A stretch of DNA of 64,000 nucleotides, taken from the NCBI GenBank assembly GCA_963818785.1, contig CAWFTT010000009.1, positions 104,469 to 168,468 of the forward strand, written 5' to 3'. The DNA is from an uncultured Actinomycetota bacterium (GTDB lineage Bacteria; Actinomycetota; Actinomycetes; Mycobacteriales; Mycobacteriaceae). Under the pieces are notes generated by a model. It saw only the letters and a list, made by a program, of their open reading frames with translations. It made no database searches and was not told where the DNA came from. The translations under genes and the position numbers were made by a program. Below, piece after piece: positions 18,786 through 30,156 of this stretch. The number at the start of each line of letters is the position of its first letter. Positions within the stretch are counted from its first letter, which is position 1.

Positions 18786-19547
18786 TTAACTGATGGTGAG
18801 GCCGCCGTCGACGACGATGGTTTGGCCGGTCACATATCCGCCGGCCGGAGAAGCCAGCCACACGGCGGTGGCGGCCAGCTCGGCCCCCTCGCCCATCCGG
18901 CCCAGTATCAGCCGGTGTGACTGGCTCTCCAGGTAACCCGGCTGGTAGCTATCGGTCATTTCGGATTCGAAGAAGCCGGGTGCCAGCGCGTTGACCCGGA
19001 TGCCTTTGCGTGAACCCCACTGCTGGGCCAGATCGCGGGTCAGTCCGGTGATGGCTGCCTTGCTGGCGCTGTAGGCGGCTTGCGGCAGATCGGCGGTGGT
19101 GAAGCCCAGCACGCTGGAGATGTTGACGATCGAACTGCCCGGCTGCATCACCCGGCCGCAGGCCTGCGCCATCCAGTACGCACCGTTGAGGTTGACGTCG
19201 ATGACCGAGCGGAACTGCTCGGGTGTTTCGCGGGTCGCCGGGACCGCCGTCCCTACACCGGCGTTGTTGATGAGCACGTCGACGTGGCCGAAGGTCTGGA
19301 TCGCCGCGTCGACCAACCCCTGACACTGCTCCGGCACGCTGACGTCGGTCCCCACCGCCAGTGCCTTGCGGCCGGCGGCCTCCACCAGGGCAGCGGTCGA
19401 CTGCAGTTTGTCCGCGCGCCGCGCACCGATCACCACGTCGGCACCAGCCTCGGCGAAGGCCTGCGCGAACGACACCCCCAATCCCGACGACCCGCCGGTG
19501 ATGACCACGACCTTGTCGTCGAGCCGAAAAGAATCAAGCACACCCAT
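18786..19547 (-). CDS. SDR family oxidoreductase
   Basis: TGGSSGLG, NNAG, YSASK, NALAPG. Confidence 0.92.
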   Translation of the reverse strand: MGVLDSFRLDDKVVVITGGSSGLGVSFAQAFAEAGADVVIGARRADKLQSTAALVEAAGRKALAVGTDVSVPEQCQGLVDAAIQTFGHVDVLINNAGVGTAVPATRETPEQFRSVIDVNLNGAYWMAQACGRVMQPGSSIVNISSVLGFTTADLPQAAYSASKAAITGLTRDLAQQWGSRKGIRVNALAPGFFESEMTDSYQPGYLESQSHRLILGRMGEGAELAATAVWLASPAGGYVTGQTIVVDGGLTIS

Positions 19548-19613
19548 CAGCTACATCACCTTCCGCTTGTCAACCGGCCCGCATGCGCGCCCGTAACCGC
19601 TACGTTGACACCC

Positions 19614-20108
19614 ATGTCGGCCGAGACGCAGATCGCCAACCTGCTCTACCGCTACGCCGAGCACATGGATGGCGGCGACCTCGTCGGAGCGGCAGCGCTG
19701 TTCCAACATGCTCGCATCCGGATCGCCGCCGGCAACGAGGAGTCCCCGGATGGCTCGAGCACCTCGAACGAGGGCCTCGTGGACGCGGGGTTCTTGTTGG
19801 CGTTCTGGCAAGCCGCGGTGGTGCTGTATCCGGACGGGACGCCTCGGACCAAGCACGTGGTGACGAATCCGATCATCGAGGTCGACGAGGGAGCCGGTAC
19901 GGCCAGTTGTCGTAGTTATTACACGGTGCTGCAGCAGACCGGCGATTTCCCGCTGCAGCCGATCGTCAGCGGGCGCTATCACGACCGGTTCGAATGCGTC
20001 GGTGGACGGTGGCGGTTTTCATTTCGGGATTACACGCTGATGGATTTGGTCGGTGATTTGAGCCGTCATCTGAACCGAGCCGTCGCGCCGGGCTTTGCCG
20101 GCCACTAA
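19614..20108 (+). CDS. SnoaL/NTF2-like protein
   Basis: IANLLYRYAE..D...TKHVVTNPII...GRYHDRF; TACGTT -10 box 7 nt before ATG 19614. Confidence 0.8.
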   Translation: MSAETQIANLLYRYAEHMDGGDLVGAAALFQHARIRIAAGNEESPDGSSTSNEGLVDAGFLLAFWQAAVVLYPDGTPRTKHVVTNPIIEVDEGAGTASCRSYYTVLQQTGDFPLQPIVSGRYHDRFECVGGRWRFSFRDYTLMDLVGDLSRHLNRAVAPGFAGH

Positions 20109-20305
20109 TTCGTTTGCCGAACCGTTAGCGTGGTTATTCCGTTCCGGTGCTCAACTGGCACACCTGGTGACTGCTTGTGCGCAGGCTTCGCAGAGCCGTC
20201 GTGCGTCGTGCGGTCTAGGGTGAAAGGTCGAGCGTGTCGCGGCCCGACCGCTGGGACAATTGCAGCCGTACGCAGTCAGTCGTACGCCTATCGAGAGGTA
20301 CGCCA

Positions 20306-21391
20306 ATGAGCAGGAATCACCGCGGCACGCCGCGACCGAAATGGTCGTTGTGTGCGGCCAGTCTGGCTGCCCTGACCGCCGCGGCCGGCTTTGGCCTGGC
20401 GCCGGCGCAGGCGTCGCCGACGGCTCCGCTGGCTCCACTGCCCTTCCCGGCGGCGCCCGCACCGCCCACCGACCCGTTGGCGACGGTGTCGCAGGTGGGG
20501 CCGGAGATTGTCGATATCGACACGAAGCTCAACTATCAGGGTGCCGTCGGTGCGGGAACGGGGATCGTCATCGATCCGGGTGGTGTGGTCCTGACCAACA
20601 ACCACGTCATCGCGGGTGCGACGGACATCAGCGCCCGGGACATCGGTAACGGGCAGACCTACCCGGTGGAAGTGATCGGTTACGACCGCACCAACGACAT
20701 CGCGGTCGTGCAGCTCGGCGGCGCGGGTGGGCTGCCGGTGGCCAACATCGGCAATTCCTCCGGGGTCGCGGTCGGTGACCCCATCGTGTCGCTGGGCAAT
20801 GCCGGCGGTGCCGGTGGCACGCCCAGCGCGGTTGCGGGCCGGGTGACCGGGGTCAACCAGACGGTCTCGGCGTCTGACTCGTTGACTGGCAGCACGGAGA
20901 CGCTGAACGGTCTCATTCAGGTCGACGCCGCGATCCGCCCCGGTGATTCCGGCGGTCCGACGGTGAACAGCGCCAACCAGGTGATCGGCGTCAACACCGC
21001 CGCGGGGCAGAATTTTAAGCTGGGTCGCGGCGAAGGGTTCGCCATCCCGATCAACCGCGCCATGGCGATCGCCGGACAGATCCGATCGGGTGCGGGCTCG
21101 GGAACCGTGCACATCGGCCCCACCGGATTCCTGGGTGTCGGCGTCAACGATGCTCGCGGCGGAGGCGCCGCCGTCGCGCAGGTGATCCCGGAAGGCCCGG
21201 CCGCCGGAGCCGGCATCGGCCAGGGATCGGTGATCACGTCGGTGAACGGCGCCCCAGTCAACTCGGCCACCGCACTGACCAACCTTCTCGACCAGCACCA
21301 CCCGGGTGACACGGTCACGCTGGGCGTGCAGGAGGGCCCGGGTGCACCGCGAAATGTCCCGGTGACCTTGGCGCCCGGACCGCCCGGCTGA
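20306..21391 (+). CDS. pepA: Secreted trypsin-like serine protease with PDZ domain (PepA/Rv0125)
   Basis: Signal peptide ending AQA; TNNHV, DIAV, GDSGGP triad; C-terminal PDZ. Confidence 0.9.
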   Translation: MSRNHRGTPRPKWSLCAASLAALTAAAGFGLAPAQASPTAPLAPLPFPAAPAPPTDPLATVSQVGPEIVDIDTKLNYQGAVGAGTGIVIDPGGVVLTNNHVIAGATDISARDIGNGQTYPVEVIGYDRTNDIAVVQLGGAGGLPVANIGNSSGVAVGDPIVSLGNAGGAGGTPSAVAGRVTGVNQTVSASDSLTGSTETLNGLIQVDAAIRPGDSGGPTVNSANQVIGVNTAAGQNFKLGRGEGFAIPINRAMAIAGQIRSGAGSGTVHIGPTGFLGVGVNDARGGGAAVAQVIPEGPAAGAGIGQGSVITSVNGAPVNSATALTNLLDQHHPGDTVTLGVQEGPGAPRNVPVTLAPGPPG

Positions 21392-21447
21392 CGTCCAGTG
21401 CGGACGACGACAAACTTGCAGCTCTCAATTCGTTTGGCCCGCATAGT

Positions 21448-21472
21448 GTTTTCCGTGCGGCCTCTCGGGTAC
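21448..21472 (+). promoter_or_regulatory. SigF-type promoter GTTT-N15-GGGTAC upstream of treS
   Basis: Read directly from the sequence. Confidence 0.6.
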
Positions 21473-21482
21473 CTGTAAGCTC

Positions 21483-23258
21483 GTGGACTTGACGAGGAAT
21501 ACCAAAGACAACGTCGAGCACGATCCCGCAGCCGGCAGCCACGTCCAGGCCGGTGTAGTCGAGCACCCCACCGCCGACGACTTCGGCGACGCCCGTCAGA
21601 TACCCGCCGATCCGACCTGGTTCAAGCGCGCGGTCTTCTACGAGGTACTGGTCCGGGCGTTTTACGACTCCAACGGGGACGGCTTCGGTGACCTGCGCGG
21701 CCTGACCGAACGTATCGATTACCTTCAGTGGCTTGGGGTCGACTGCATTTGGCTGCCGCCGTTCTACGACTCACCGTTGCGCGACGGTGGCTACGACATC
21801 CGGGACTTCTACAAGGTGCTGCCCGAGTTCGGGACGGTAGACGATTTCGTCGAGCTCGTCGACGCCGCTCACCGCCGCGGAATCCGGGTCATCACCGACT
21901 TGGTGATGAATCACACGTCGGACAGCCACCCGTGGTTTCAGGAGTCGCGCCGCGACCCGGACGGCCCCTACGGCGACTACTACGTGTGGAGTGAGAGCAG
22001 CGACAAGTACGCCGACGCCCGAATCATCTTCATCGACACCGAAGACTCGAACTGGACCTACGACCCGGTCCGCAAGCAGTTCTACTGGCACCGGTTCTTC
22101 GACCACCAACCGGATCTTAACTACGACAATCCCGCTGTTCAGGACGCGATGATCGATGTCATCCGGTTCTGGCTGGATCTAGGTATCGACGGGTTCCGGC
22201 TGGACGCGGTGCCCTACCTGTTCGAGCGGGAGGGCACCAACTGCGAGAACCTAGCGGAGACGCACGCCTTTTTGAAACGCGTCCGCAAAGTGGTCGACGA
22301 CGAATTCCCGGGCCGGGTGCTGCTGGCCGAAGCAAATCAGTGGCCCAGCGACGTCGTCGAGTATTTTGGTGACGCCGAAACCGGCGGCGACGAATGCCAC
22401 ATGGCGTTTCACTTTCCGCTCATGCCGCGCATCTTCATGTCGGTTCGCCGCGAGTCGCGTTTCCCGATTTCGGAGATCCTGGCGCAGACGCCGCCAATCC
22501 CGAAGATGGCACAGTGGGGGATCTTTCTGCGTAACCACGACGAGTTGACCCTGGAAATGGTCAGCGACGAGGAACGCGACTACATGTACGCCGAATACGC
22601 CAAAGATCCGCGGATGAAGGCGAATGTCGGTATCCGTCGGCGGCTGGCTCCGCTGCTGGAAAAAGACCGCAACCAAATCGAGTTGTTCACCGCGTTGCTG
22701 CTGTCCCTGCCGGGCTCACCGGTCATCTACTACGGCGACGAGATCGGGATGGGTGACGTCATCTGGTTAGGCGACCGTGACGGGGTGCGCACGCCGATGC
22801 AGTGGACCCCGGACCGCAACGCCGGGTTCTCCACAGCCAACCCCGGCCGGCTTTATGTGCCACCGAGCCAGGATCCGGTGTACGGCTATCACACCGTGAA
22901 TGTGGAATCTCAGCGCGACACTTCGACCTCGCTGCTCAACTGGACGCGGACGATGTTGGCGGTGCGGCGCCGGCATGACGCATTCGCCACCGGCACTTTT
23001 CGCGAGTTGGGCGGGTCGAACCCGTCGGTGTTGGCTTACGTGCGGGAGGCGGACGAAGACGTCGTGTTGTGCGTCAACAACCTGTCCCGTTTTCCGCAGC
23101 CCATCGAACTGAATCTGCAGCACTGGAACACCTACACGCCGGTCGAGTTGACCGGGCACGTGATCTTTCCGCACATCGGTCACCTGCCTTATCTGCTGAC
23201 CTTGCCGGGGCACGGATTCTACTGGTTCCAGCTCTGCGATTCCGAGGAGACGCCATGA
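21483..23258 (+). CDS. treS: Trehalose synthase / maltose alpha-D-glucosyltransferase
   Basis: GH13 motifs [36 protein letters not shown]. Confidence 0.96.
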   Translation: MDLTRNTKDNVEHDPAAGSHVQAGVVEHPTADDFGDARQIPADPTWFKRAVFYEVLVRAFYDSNGDGFGDLRGLTERIDYLQWLGVDCIWLPPFYDSPLRDGGYDIRDFYKVLPEFGTVDDFVELVDAAHRRGIRVITDLVMNHTSDSHPWFQESRRDPDGPYGDYYVWSESSDKYADARIIFIDTEDSNWTYDPVRKQFYWHRFFDHQPDLNYDNPAVQDAMIDVIRFWLDLGIDGFRLDAVPYLFEREGTNCENLAETHAFLKRVRKVVDDEFPGRVLLAEANQWPSDVVEYFGDAETGGDECHMAFHFPLMPRIFMSVRRESRFPISEILAQTPPIPKMAQWGIFLRNHDELTLEMVSDEERDYMYAEYAKDPRMKANVGIRRRLAPLLEKDRNQIELFTALLLSLPGSPVIYYGDEIGMGDVIWLGDRDGVRTPMQWTPDRNAGFSTANPGRLYVPPSQDPVYGYHTVNVESQRDTSTSLLNWTRTMLAVRRRHDAFATGTFRELGGSNPSVLAYVREADEDVVLCVNNLSRFPQPIELNLQHWNTYTPVELTGHVIFPHIGHLPYLLTLPGHGFYWFQLCDSEETP

Positions 23259-24571
23259 ACTTGCCGTTCGCGGAATGGCTTCCGCAGCAACGATGGTATG
23301 CCGGCCGGACCCGGCAGTTGGCCTCCGCCGAAGCCGGGCTGACGGTGTCGCTGCGCGACGATTTGGACCTGGTTTTGATCGACGTGTCCTACACCGACGG
23401 TTCCTCGGAGCGCTATCAGGTTCTGGTCAGGTGGGATTCCGGGCCGGTGTCTGAATACAGCACGGTTGCGACGATCGGCTCGGACGGCGACCGCACGGCC
23501 TACGATGCGTTGTACGACCCGGCCGCCACCCAATTCCTGCTGTCGCTGCTCGACTCGTCCGAGGTGCGCGGTGACGTGAAGTTCACCAAGGAACCCGGAA
23601 TCTCTCTGCCGCTCGAGGCGGTGCCGTATGTGTCGGAAGCCGAGCAAAGCAATTCCAGCGTCGTCTTCGAGCAGGACGCCATCTTCAAGATGTTCCGCCG
23701 GGTCAGCAGCGGTATCAACCCCGACATCGAGCTGAACCGCGTGCTCGGACGTGCCGGTAACCCGCACGTGGCGCGCCTGCTCGGTTCCTACGAGCTGGAG
23801 TCTTCCGGCGGCGAGCCGGTGCCGTTGGGCATGGTGACTGAGTTCGCCGCTAATGCTGCGGAGGGCTGGGCGACCGCCACTGCCAGCGTGCGCGACCTGT
23901 TCGCCGAGGGCGACTTGTACGCCTACGAGGTCGGCGGCGACTTCGCGGGCGAGTCCTACCGGCTGGGCGAGGCGGTGGCCTCGGTTCACGCCACGCTCGC
24001 CGACCAACTGGGCGCGTCGCAAGCCACCTTCCCGGTCGACACCATGCTGGACAGATTGTCGTCGACGGCTTCCTCGGTACCCGAACTGAGTGATCACGTC
24101 GCCACCATCGAGGAGCGCTTCCGCAAGCTCTCCGGGGAGGCGATCACTGTTCAGCGGGTGCACGGCGACCTCCACCTGGGCCAGGTGCTGCGGACCCCGG
24201 AGACCTGGCTGATCATCGATTTCGAAGGCGAGCCCGGGCAGCCGCTCGAAGAGCGACGGGCACCGGACTCCCCGCTGCGTGATGTCGCGGGCGTGCTGCG
24301 CTCCTACGAGTACGCCGCCTACGGGCCGCTGGTGGACCAGTCGACCGACAAGCAGCTCGCTGCGCGCGCCCGGGAATGGGTCGAGCGCAACCAGGCCGCC
24401 TTCTGCGACGGTTACGCCGCGGCGTCGGGAAGTGACCCGCGTGACTCGGCTCTGGTGCTGGGCGCCTACGAGCTGGACAAGGCGGTGTACGAGACCGGCT
24501 ACGAGTCGCGGCACCGGCCCGGGTGGGTACCCATTCCACTGCGCGCGATCACTCGGCTCACCACCGCCTGA
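23255..24571 (+). CDS. mak: Maltokinase
   Basis: [30 protein letters not shown]; ATGA overlap with the treS stop. Confidence 0.94.
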   Translation: MNLPFAEWLPQQRWYAGRTRQLASAEAGLTVSLRDDLDLVLIDVSYTDGSSERYQVLVRWDSGPVSEYSTVATIGSDGDRTAYDALYDPAATQFLLSLLDSSEVRGDVKFTKEPGISLPLEAVPYVSEAEQSNSSVVFEQDAIFKMFRRVSSGINPDIELNRVLGRAGNPHVARLLGSYELESSGGEPVPLGMVTEFAANAAEGWATATASVRDLFAEGDLYAYEVGGDFAGESYRLGEAVASVHATLADQLGASQATFPVDTMLDRLSSTASSVPELSDHVATIEERFRKLSGEAITVQRVHGDLHLGQVLRTPETWLIIDFEGEPGQPLEERRAPDSPLRDVAGVLRSYEYAAYGPLVDQSTDKQLAARAREWVERNQAAFCDGYAAASGSDPRDSALVLGAYELDKAVYETGYESRHRPGWVPIPLRAITRLTTA

Positions 24572-24665
24572 CCAGCCGCCGGTGATCTTTCCCTGACCTG
24601 AATTCGGCCTGAACCTGCTCGCCGACCGCGCCGAGCTTGGGCAGCATCTGGAAACATCGTTCGGC

Positions 24666-25346
24666 GTGATTCGTGCGAAGTTCGACAGCGAGGAAAAACT
24701 GTCCTGGGTGCTGGCCGCGCTGGCCGGGCTGTTGGGGGCGACGGCGTTCGCCCACTCCTCGGGCTACCTGGTGACCTACATGACCGGCAACACCCAGCGG
24801 GCGGTGCTGGGTTACTTCGTCAACGAGGAGTGGCGTGCGCTGTCAGCGGCGATCGTGCTGGCGGCTTTCCTCGGCGGCGTCGTCAGCGCGTCACTGTGTC
24901 GCCGCCACCTGTGGTCGAAGCGACCGCACGGGGCGACCGTGCTCACCACGTTGGCCCTCGTCATCGCCACCGTCCTCGACGTCGTCGTTGGTGGTGAGTT
25001 CCCCCATCCACTTTCGTTGCTGCCTATCGTGTTCGTCGCCTTCGGTATTGGCGCGCTGAACACGACGTTCGTCAAAGGTGGCGAGGTGTCGATCCCGCTC
25101 AGTTACGTCACCGGCACGCTGGTGAAACTGGGTCAGGGTCTGGAACGTCACCTCAGTGGCGGTGAGATCTGGGACTGGCTCGGTTATTTTCTTCTGCTCG
25201 GCGGCTTCGTGTTCGGCGCCGGCGTCGGCGGGTTCGTCAGCCTGGTCACCGGCGGCAGTCAGATGTTGGCTATCGCCAGCGTGTTCTGCGCGGTGACCAC
25301 TGCCTACACCTTCTTTTACGCCGACCGGCGTGCGATCTGGAAGTAG
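24666..25346 (+). CDS. YoaK/DUF1275 membrane protein (Rv0128-like)
   Basis: YMTGNT and SYVTGTLVK motifs; hydrophobic. Confidence 0.85.
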   Translation: MIRAKFDSEEKLSWVLAALAGLLGATAFAHSSGYLVTYMTGNTQRAVLGYFVNEEWRALSAAIVLAAFLGGVVSASLCRRHLWSKRPHGATVLTTLALVIATVLDVVVGGEFPHPLSLLPIVFVAFGIGALNTTFVKGGEVSIPLSYVTGTLVKLGQGLERHLSGGEIWDWLGYFLLLGGFVFGAGVGGFVSLVTGGSQMLAIASVFCAVTTAYTFFYADRRAIWK

Positions 25347-25371
25347 TTGCGGTACCGGTGTATACGACGAG

Positions 25372-25403
25372 ATCGGCAGCAGCGCCGCGGCGCTGCTGCC
25401 GAT
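25372..25403. terminator. Perfect 32-bp palindrome between convergent genes (bidirectional terminator-like hairpin)
   Basis: ATCGGCAGCAGCGCCG-CGGCGCTGCTGCCGAT. Confidence 0.65.
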
Positions 25404-25416
25404 GCGTGTCGCCGAA

Positions 25417-26430
<1,014 letters not shown>

Positions 26431-26581
26431 TCATCTGCCGCGGATGCGGTTGACTGCTGTCTTCGGCAGTGAAACACAGCGGGATGCGTCCATCGCAGCG
26501 TCGACGCCGAGGCGCCGCGTCGCGGTTGGCTAACGATTAGGAGTCGGCCTGAACTCGCTCACGCTCGACCGATGTTCGCGC

Positions 26582-27409
26582 TCAGCGCACCAGCCGGCGC
26601 AGCAGCGCTGACGCGGTCGCGATACCCAGCCCGGCCGCCGCCACCAACACCACCAGGTCCCACGGATCGAACGGAGTGCCGATCAACAACGCGCGCAGCG
26701 CGTTTACTTCGTAGCTGAGTGGATTGACGGTGCTGAGTGCGCGCAGCCAAGCCGGCATCACGGTGACGGGATAAAGCGCGTTGGAGGCAAAGAACAACGG
26801 CATCGTGATGGCCTGGCCGATGCCCATCAGGCGGTCACGGTTGCGCACCAGCCCCGCCAAGGTCATCGACAAGCAAGCGAAGAACGCCGCCCCGAGCACC
26901 ACCACCGCCATGGCCGCCAAAATCCGCAACGGATTGACCGTCAGGTGCACACCCATCAGGTAGGCCAACGCCAACACGCCGATGACCTGGGCGACCGAAC
27001 GTACGCCGGCGGCAAACGACTTGCCGCTGACCAAAGCTGAGACCGGGGCCGGGGTCACCATCAATTTTGCCAGGATGCCGGCGTCTCGCTCCCAGATGAT
27101 CTGGATGCCGTAGAAGATCGCGATGAACAACGCTGACTGGGCGATGATGCCAGGTGCCAGGAAAGCCAGATACGACACCGAACCGGTGTTGAGCGCGTGC
27201 AGGTGGCTGAACGTGGTACCGAAAATCAAGAGCCACAACGCCGGCTGCACCATTCGGGTGAACAACTCGGTGCGGTCATGCTGCAACTTCTGCAATTCCA
27301 CGATGGCGAATGTGCCGACGCTGAACAGTGTTTGCCGGAGGCGACACCAACCTTGCGGGGCGGCGGTGAGGTTCGTACTCAGTGTCTGCTCAACCGGCAC
27401 GGCGTGCAA
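26582..27409 (-). CDS. ABC-2 exporter permease
   Basis: QP.LWLLIFG, FLAPG, MPLFFASNALYP, NPLSY. Confidence 0.9.
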   Translation of the reverse strand: MHAVPVEQTLSTNLTAAPQGWCRLRQTLFSVGTFAIVELQKLQHDRTELFTRMVQPALWLLIFGTTFSHLHALNTGSVSYLAFLAPGIIAQSALFIAIFYGIQIIWERDAGILAKLMVTPAPVSALVSGKSFAAGVRSVAQVIGVLALAYLMGVHLTVNPLRILAAMAVVVLGAAFFACLSMTLAGLVRNRDRLMGIGQAITMPLFFASNALYPVTVMPAWLRALSTVNPLSYEVNALRALLIGTPFDPWDLVVLVAAAGLGIATASALLRRLVR

Positions 27410-28211
27410 CCCTCCTGCTGGAACGTATTTCGCTCAACCGCGGCGGCGCTGGGTCGTCGTCGCTCAGGGCTGATCCCGCGTAGTGGCGGAAGACATCTTC
27501 GAGCGTGGCGTCCGGTGCGACGGTCGATTTCAATTCGGCAGGTGCGCCGACGGCCTGTAAGCGCCCCCGGTGCATGAGCGCAACCCGGTCACACAACGCA
27601 TCGGCTTCTTCCATGTAGTGAGTGGTCAGCAGCACGGTCATGCCCAGCTCGGTTTGCATGCTGCGCACCTGGGTCCAGACACTGTCGCGGGCAATGGGAT
27701 CCAGGCCTACCGTCGGCTCGTCGAGGATGAGCAGCGACGGGCGGTTGACCAGTGCCTGAGCCAATTCCAAACGGCGCACCATGCCGCCGGAGTAGGTGGC
27801 CGCGACCTGGTCGGCCACGTCGAGCAGCTGCATGGCGGCCAGCGCCTCCTCGACCCGGCTGCGACGGTCGGCGCGAGGAACACCGTACAACCGGACGAAC
27901 CACTCGACGTTCTGCCGGCCGGTGAGGGCCGGTTCGATCGAGAGCTGTTGTGGGACATAGCCGATGTTGCTGCGGATGTCGAAGGCGTGCTGCCGGGCGT
28001 CGAGCCCGAAGATCTGCAGGTCACCGTGCTGCACCGGAGTCAAGGTGATCAACATGCGCACCAGCGTGGTCTTGCCCGCGCCGTTAGGCCCGAGTAAGCC
28101 CACGGTTTCGCCGGCCCGCACCTGCATGGTCACCTCGTCGACCGCGGTGAACTGACCGTAACGGTAGGTCAGCCCGCGGCAGTCGACGGCGATCGGTTCG
28201 GTCATGCTCAT
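27390..28211 (-). CDS. ABC exporter ATP-binding protein (DrrA-like)
   Basis: GPNGAGKT, YSGGM, LILDEPT, TTH. Confidence 0.93.
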   Translation of the reverse strand: MSMTEPIAVDCRGLTYRYGQFTAVDEVTMQVRAGETVGLLGPNGAGKTTLVRMLITLTPVQHGDLQIFGLDARQHAFDIRSNIGYVPQQLSIEPALTGRQNVEWFVRLYGVPRADRRSRVEEALAAMQLLDVADQVAATYSGGMVRRLELAQALVNRPSLLILDEPTVGLDPIARDSVWTQVRSMQTELGMTVLLTTHYMEEADALCDRVALMHRGRLQAVGAPAELKSTVAPDATLEDVFRHYAGSALSDDDPAPPRLSEIRSSRRVARRAG

Positions 28212-28660
28212 GTCGAGCGTTCCTGCAGTATTCGGGTCATGTTGTCCAGTACCTCCAATCCTCGGGCCAAAGCCGCGACGTCGCCCGGATCGAGCGTGTC
28301 GAGCACTTCGGCCAGCAGCGTTCGGCGGGCGGCCCGCGAGGTGTCCGCCACCTGCTGGGCCGGCTCGGTGAGCTGTAAGCGGTAGACCCGACGGTCGACC
28401 GGGTCGACGGCGCGAACCAGCAGGCCCTCACCGGCGAGCTTGGACACCAGTGTCGAAGCGGTGTTGGCAATCAGCCCGAGTTCCGCGGCAGCACTGCTCA
28501 CCGAGATACCCGGCCGCCGCCCAACCAGCCGTAACAGCTCGGCCTGCGACTCGGTGAGCTGAACCGACTCGAAACTGCGGCCGGCTGAACGTCGCAGTTG
28601 GCGGCGGAACCGTCCGACGACGCTGAACAGCTCGCTTGTCAGGTCGGTGGGTGATTCCAC
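28208..28660 (-). CDS. MarR family regulator
   Basis: HTH followed by R..DPVDRR wing; 4-nt overlap with the ABC ATPase. Confidence 0.88.
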   Translation of the reverse strand: MESPTDLTSELFSVVGRFRRQLRRSAGRSFESVQLTESQAELLRLVGRRPGISVSSAAAELGLIANTASTLVSKLAGEGLLVRAVDPVDRRVYRLQLTEPAQQVADTSRAARRTLLAEVLDTLDPGDVAALARGLEVLDNMTRILQERST

Positions 28661-28669
28661 TCCACCGAT

Positions 28670-28692
28670 AATACCTCTGCGATAGAGCTATT
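28670..28692. promoter_or_regulatory. Imperfect palindrome AATAcCTCT-N5-AGAGcTATT overlapping the TATTAT -10 box of marR (putative operator)
   Basis: Seen in sequence; the -10 lies 7 nt before GTG 28660. Confidence 0.55.
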
Positions 28693-29185
28693 TGTCGAGT
28701 CGGTGTAGAACCACATCCAAAAGCGCGTTGTCGGCGACGGTCGCGGTCATGTAGGTGCAGAACGGCTGGCGCCGGCGATCGGTGGGGGACCCCGGGTTGA
28801 GCAGCCGCAGCCCGGTGGGCGTCGTGGAGTCCCACGGGATGTGGCTGTGGCCGAACACCAGCACATCGCTGTCCGGATAGCGGTTGGACATCCGTACCTC
28901 CCGGCCGCCGGCCGCTCCGGTCTCGTGCACCACGGTGAATCGCAGGCCGCCCAGTGTCACGTCGGCGCGTTCGGGCAGTCGGGCGCGCAACGCCGGGCCG
29001 TCGTTGTTCCCCCAACAGGCCACCAGCCGCGCTGACCGGGCCTCGAGGTCGTCCAGCACCTGAGCTGACACCCAATCACCGGCGTGAATGACGACGTCGG
29101 CGTCGACCACTTCGGCCCAAACGGCGGCCGGCAGGTCCCGTGCGCGCTTGGGAACGTGGGTGTCAGCCAGCAGCAGCAGCCTCAC
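28688..29185 (-). CDS. YfcE-like metallophosphoesterase
   Basis: ADTH, HAGD, GNND, GHSH, NPGS. Confidence 0.9.
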   Translation of the reverse strand: MRLLLLADTHVPKRARDLPAAVWAEVVDADVVIHAGDWVSAQVLDDLEARSARLVACWGNNDGPALRARLPERADVTLGGLRFTVVHETGAAGGREVRMSNRYPDSDVLVFGHSHIPWDSTTPTGLRLLNPGSPTDRRRQPFCTYMTATVADNALLDVVLHRLDK

Positions 29186-29196
29186 CGGCTGGTCGC

Positions 29197-29376
29197 TTAC
29201 TTCTGCTGAGCCCGCGCTTCAGCCCCGCTTTCGCCGGCGTCGAAGACGTCGTCGTTGAACGTGCGCCCGACGTACGAGCCGTCCTCGCCGGCCTTGCCCG
29301 CCCGGGACTGTGTCTGGTGGTCTTCTGATTCCACGTCCGATTCGGGCTTGTGGTGGTCAGGTCGGGGTTCAGCCAT
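29197..29376 (-). CDS. Small hydrophilic hypothetical protein
   Basis: 59 aa MAEPRPDHHK...GSYVGRTFNDD...GAEARAQQK; SigF-type promoter upstream. Confidence 0.6.
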   Translation of the reverse strand: MAEPRPDHHKPESDVESEDHQTQSRAGKAGEDGSYVGRTFNDDVFDAGESGAEARAQQK

Positions 29377-29412
29377 GCTCTTCATTTCCTTCCAGTGCCT
29401 CGTCGGTCACGG

Positions 29413-29439
29413 CTACCCTCATCTTGAGCGCAGCGAAAC
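29413..29439 (-). promoter_or_regulatory. SigF-type promoter GTTT-N17-GGGTAG
   Basis: Read on the minus strand. Confidence 0.55.
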
Positions 29440-29673
29440 ATGTGTGACCAGCATGACTCTCACCCACCAGCGTCACTTCGCCAGAAACCCGATCAGTGCC
29501 GCATTTTGCTGTGCGCACCGGATTCTCAGGCGCGCCTGGCCGAACCGTCGAACGGCGCCGAAGCGCAACCGCGGTGCTTCCGCGGTCCGTCGGGCGGTTT
29601 AAGATCGGTGCCCGGCAACTCGTTGTCGTGCAGGCGGTTCGGCAGCCACCATTTCTGAACAGAGGAGAACCCA

Positions 29674-30129
29674 TTGCGCACCTTCGATTCGGTCGCTGAA
29701 CTCAGCGCCGCCAAAGGTCAGGAGATCGGGCAGAGCGAGTGGGTGACCATCAGCCAGCATGACGTGAACCTGTTCGCCGACGCGACGGGGGACCATCAGT
29801 GGATACACGTCGATCCGGAGAAGGCGGCGGCCGGTCCGTTCGGTCAGACGATCGCCCACGGCTTCATGACGCTGTCGCTGCTGCCGCGGCTGATGCACCA
29901 GATCTACACGGTCAACGGCATCAAGCTCGCCGTCAATTACGGGTTGAACAAGGTTCGGTTCCCCGCTCCGGTGCCCGTCGGCTCGAAGGTGCGCGCGCGC
30001 AGTTCGCTGGTCGACGTCGCGGACCTGGGTAACGGCGCGGCGCAGGCGACGTTGTCGACGACCGTCGAGATCGAGGGCGCAGCCAAACCGGCGTGCGTGG
30101 CCGAAAGCATCGTGCGCTATATCTCTTGA
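29674..30129 (+). CDS. htdZ: MaoC-like dehydratase HtdZ (Rv0130-like)
   Basis: FADATGDHQWIHVD, IAHGF, NYGLNKVRF. Confidence 0.9.
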   Translation: MRTFDSVAELSAAKGQEIGQSEWVTISQHDVNLFADATGDHQWIHVDPEKAAAGPFGQTIAHGFMTLSLLPRLMHQIYTVNGIKLAVNYGLNKVRFPAPVPVGSKVRARSSLVDVADLGNGAAQATLSTTVEIEGAAKPACVAESIVRYIS

Positions 30130-30156
30130 AGCTCCGTGAGCGCGAGCTGAACTCGG

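Noticed and set aside
29440-29670. Unassigned 230-nt intergenic stretch as a possible sRNA or short ORF
   Set aside because: Only partial inverted repeats and motif-free ORFs; explained by divergent promoters
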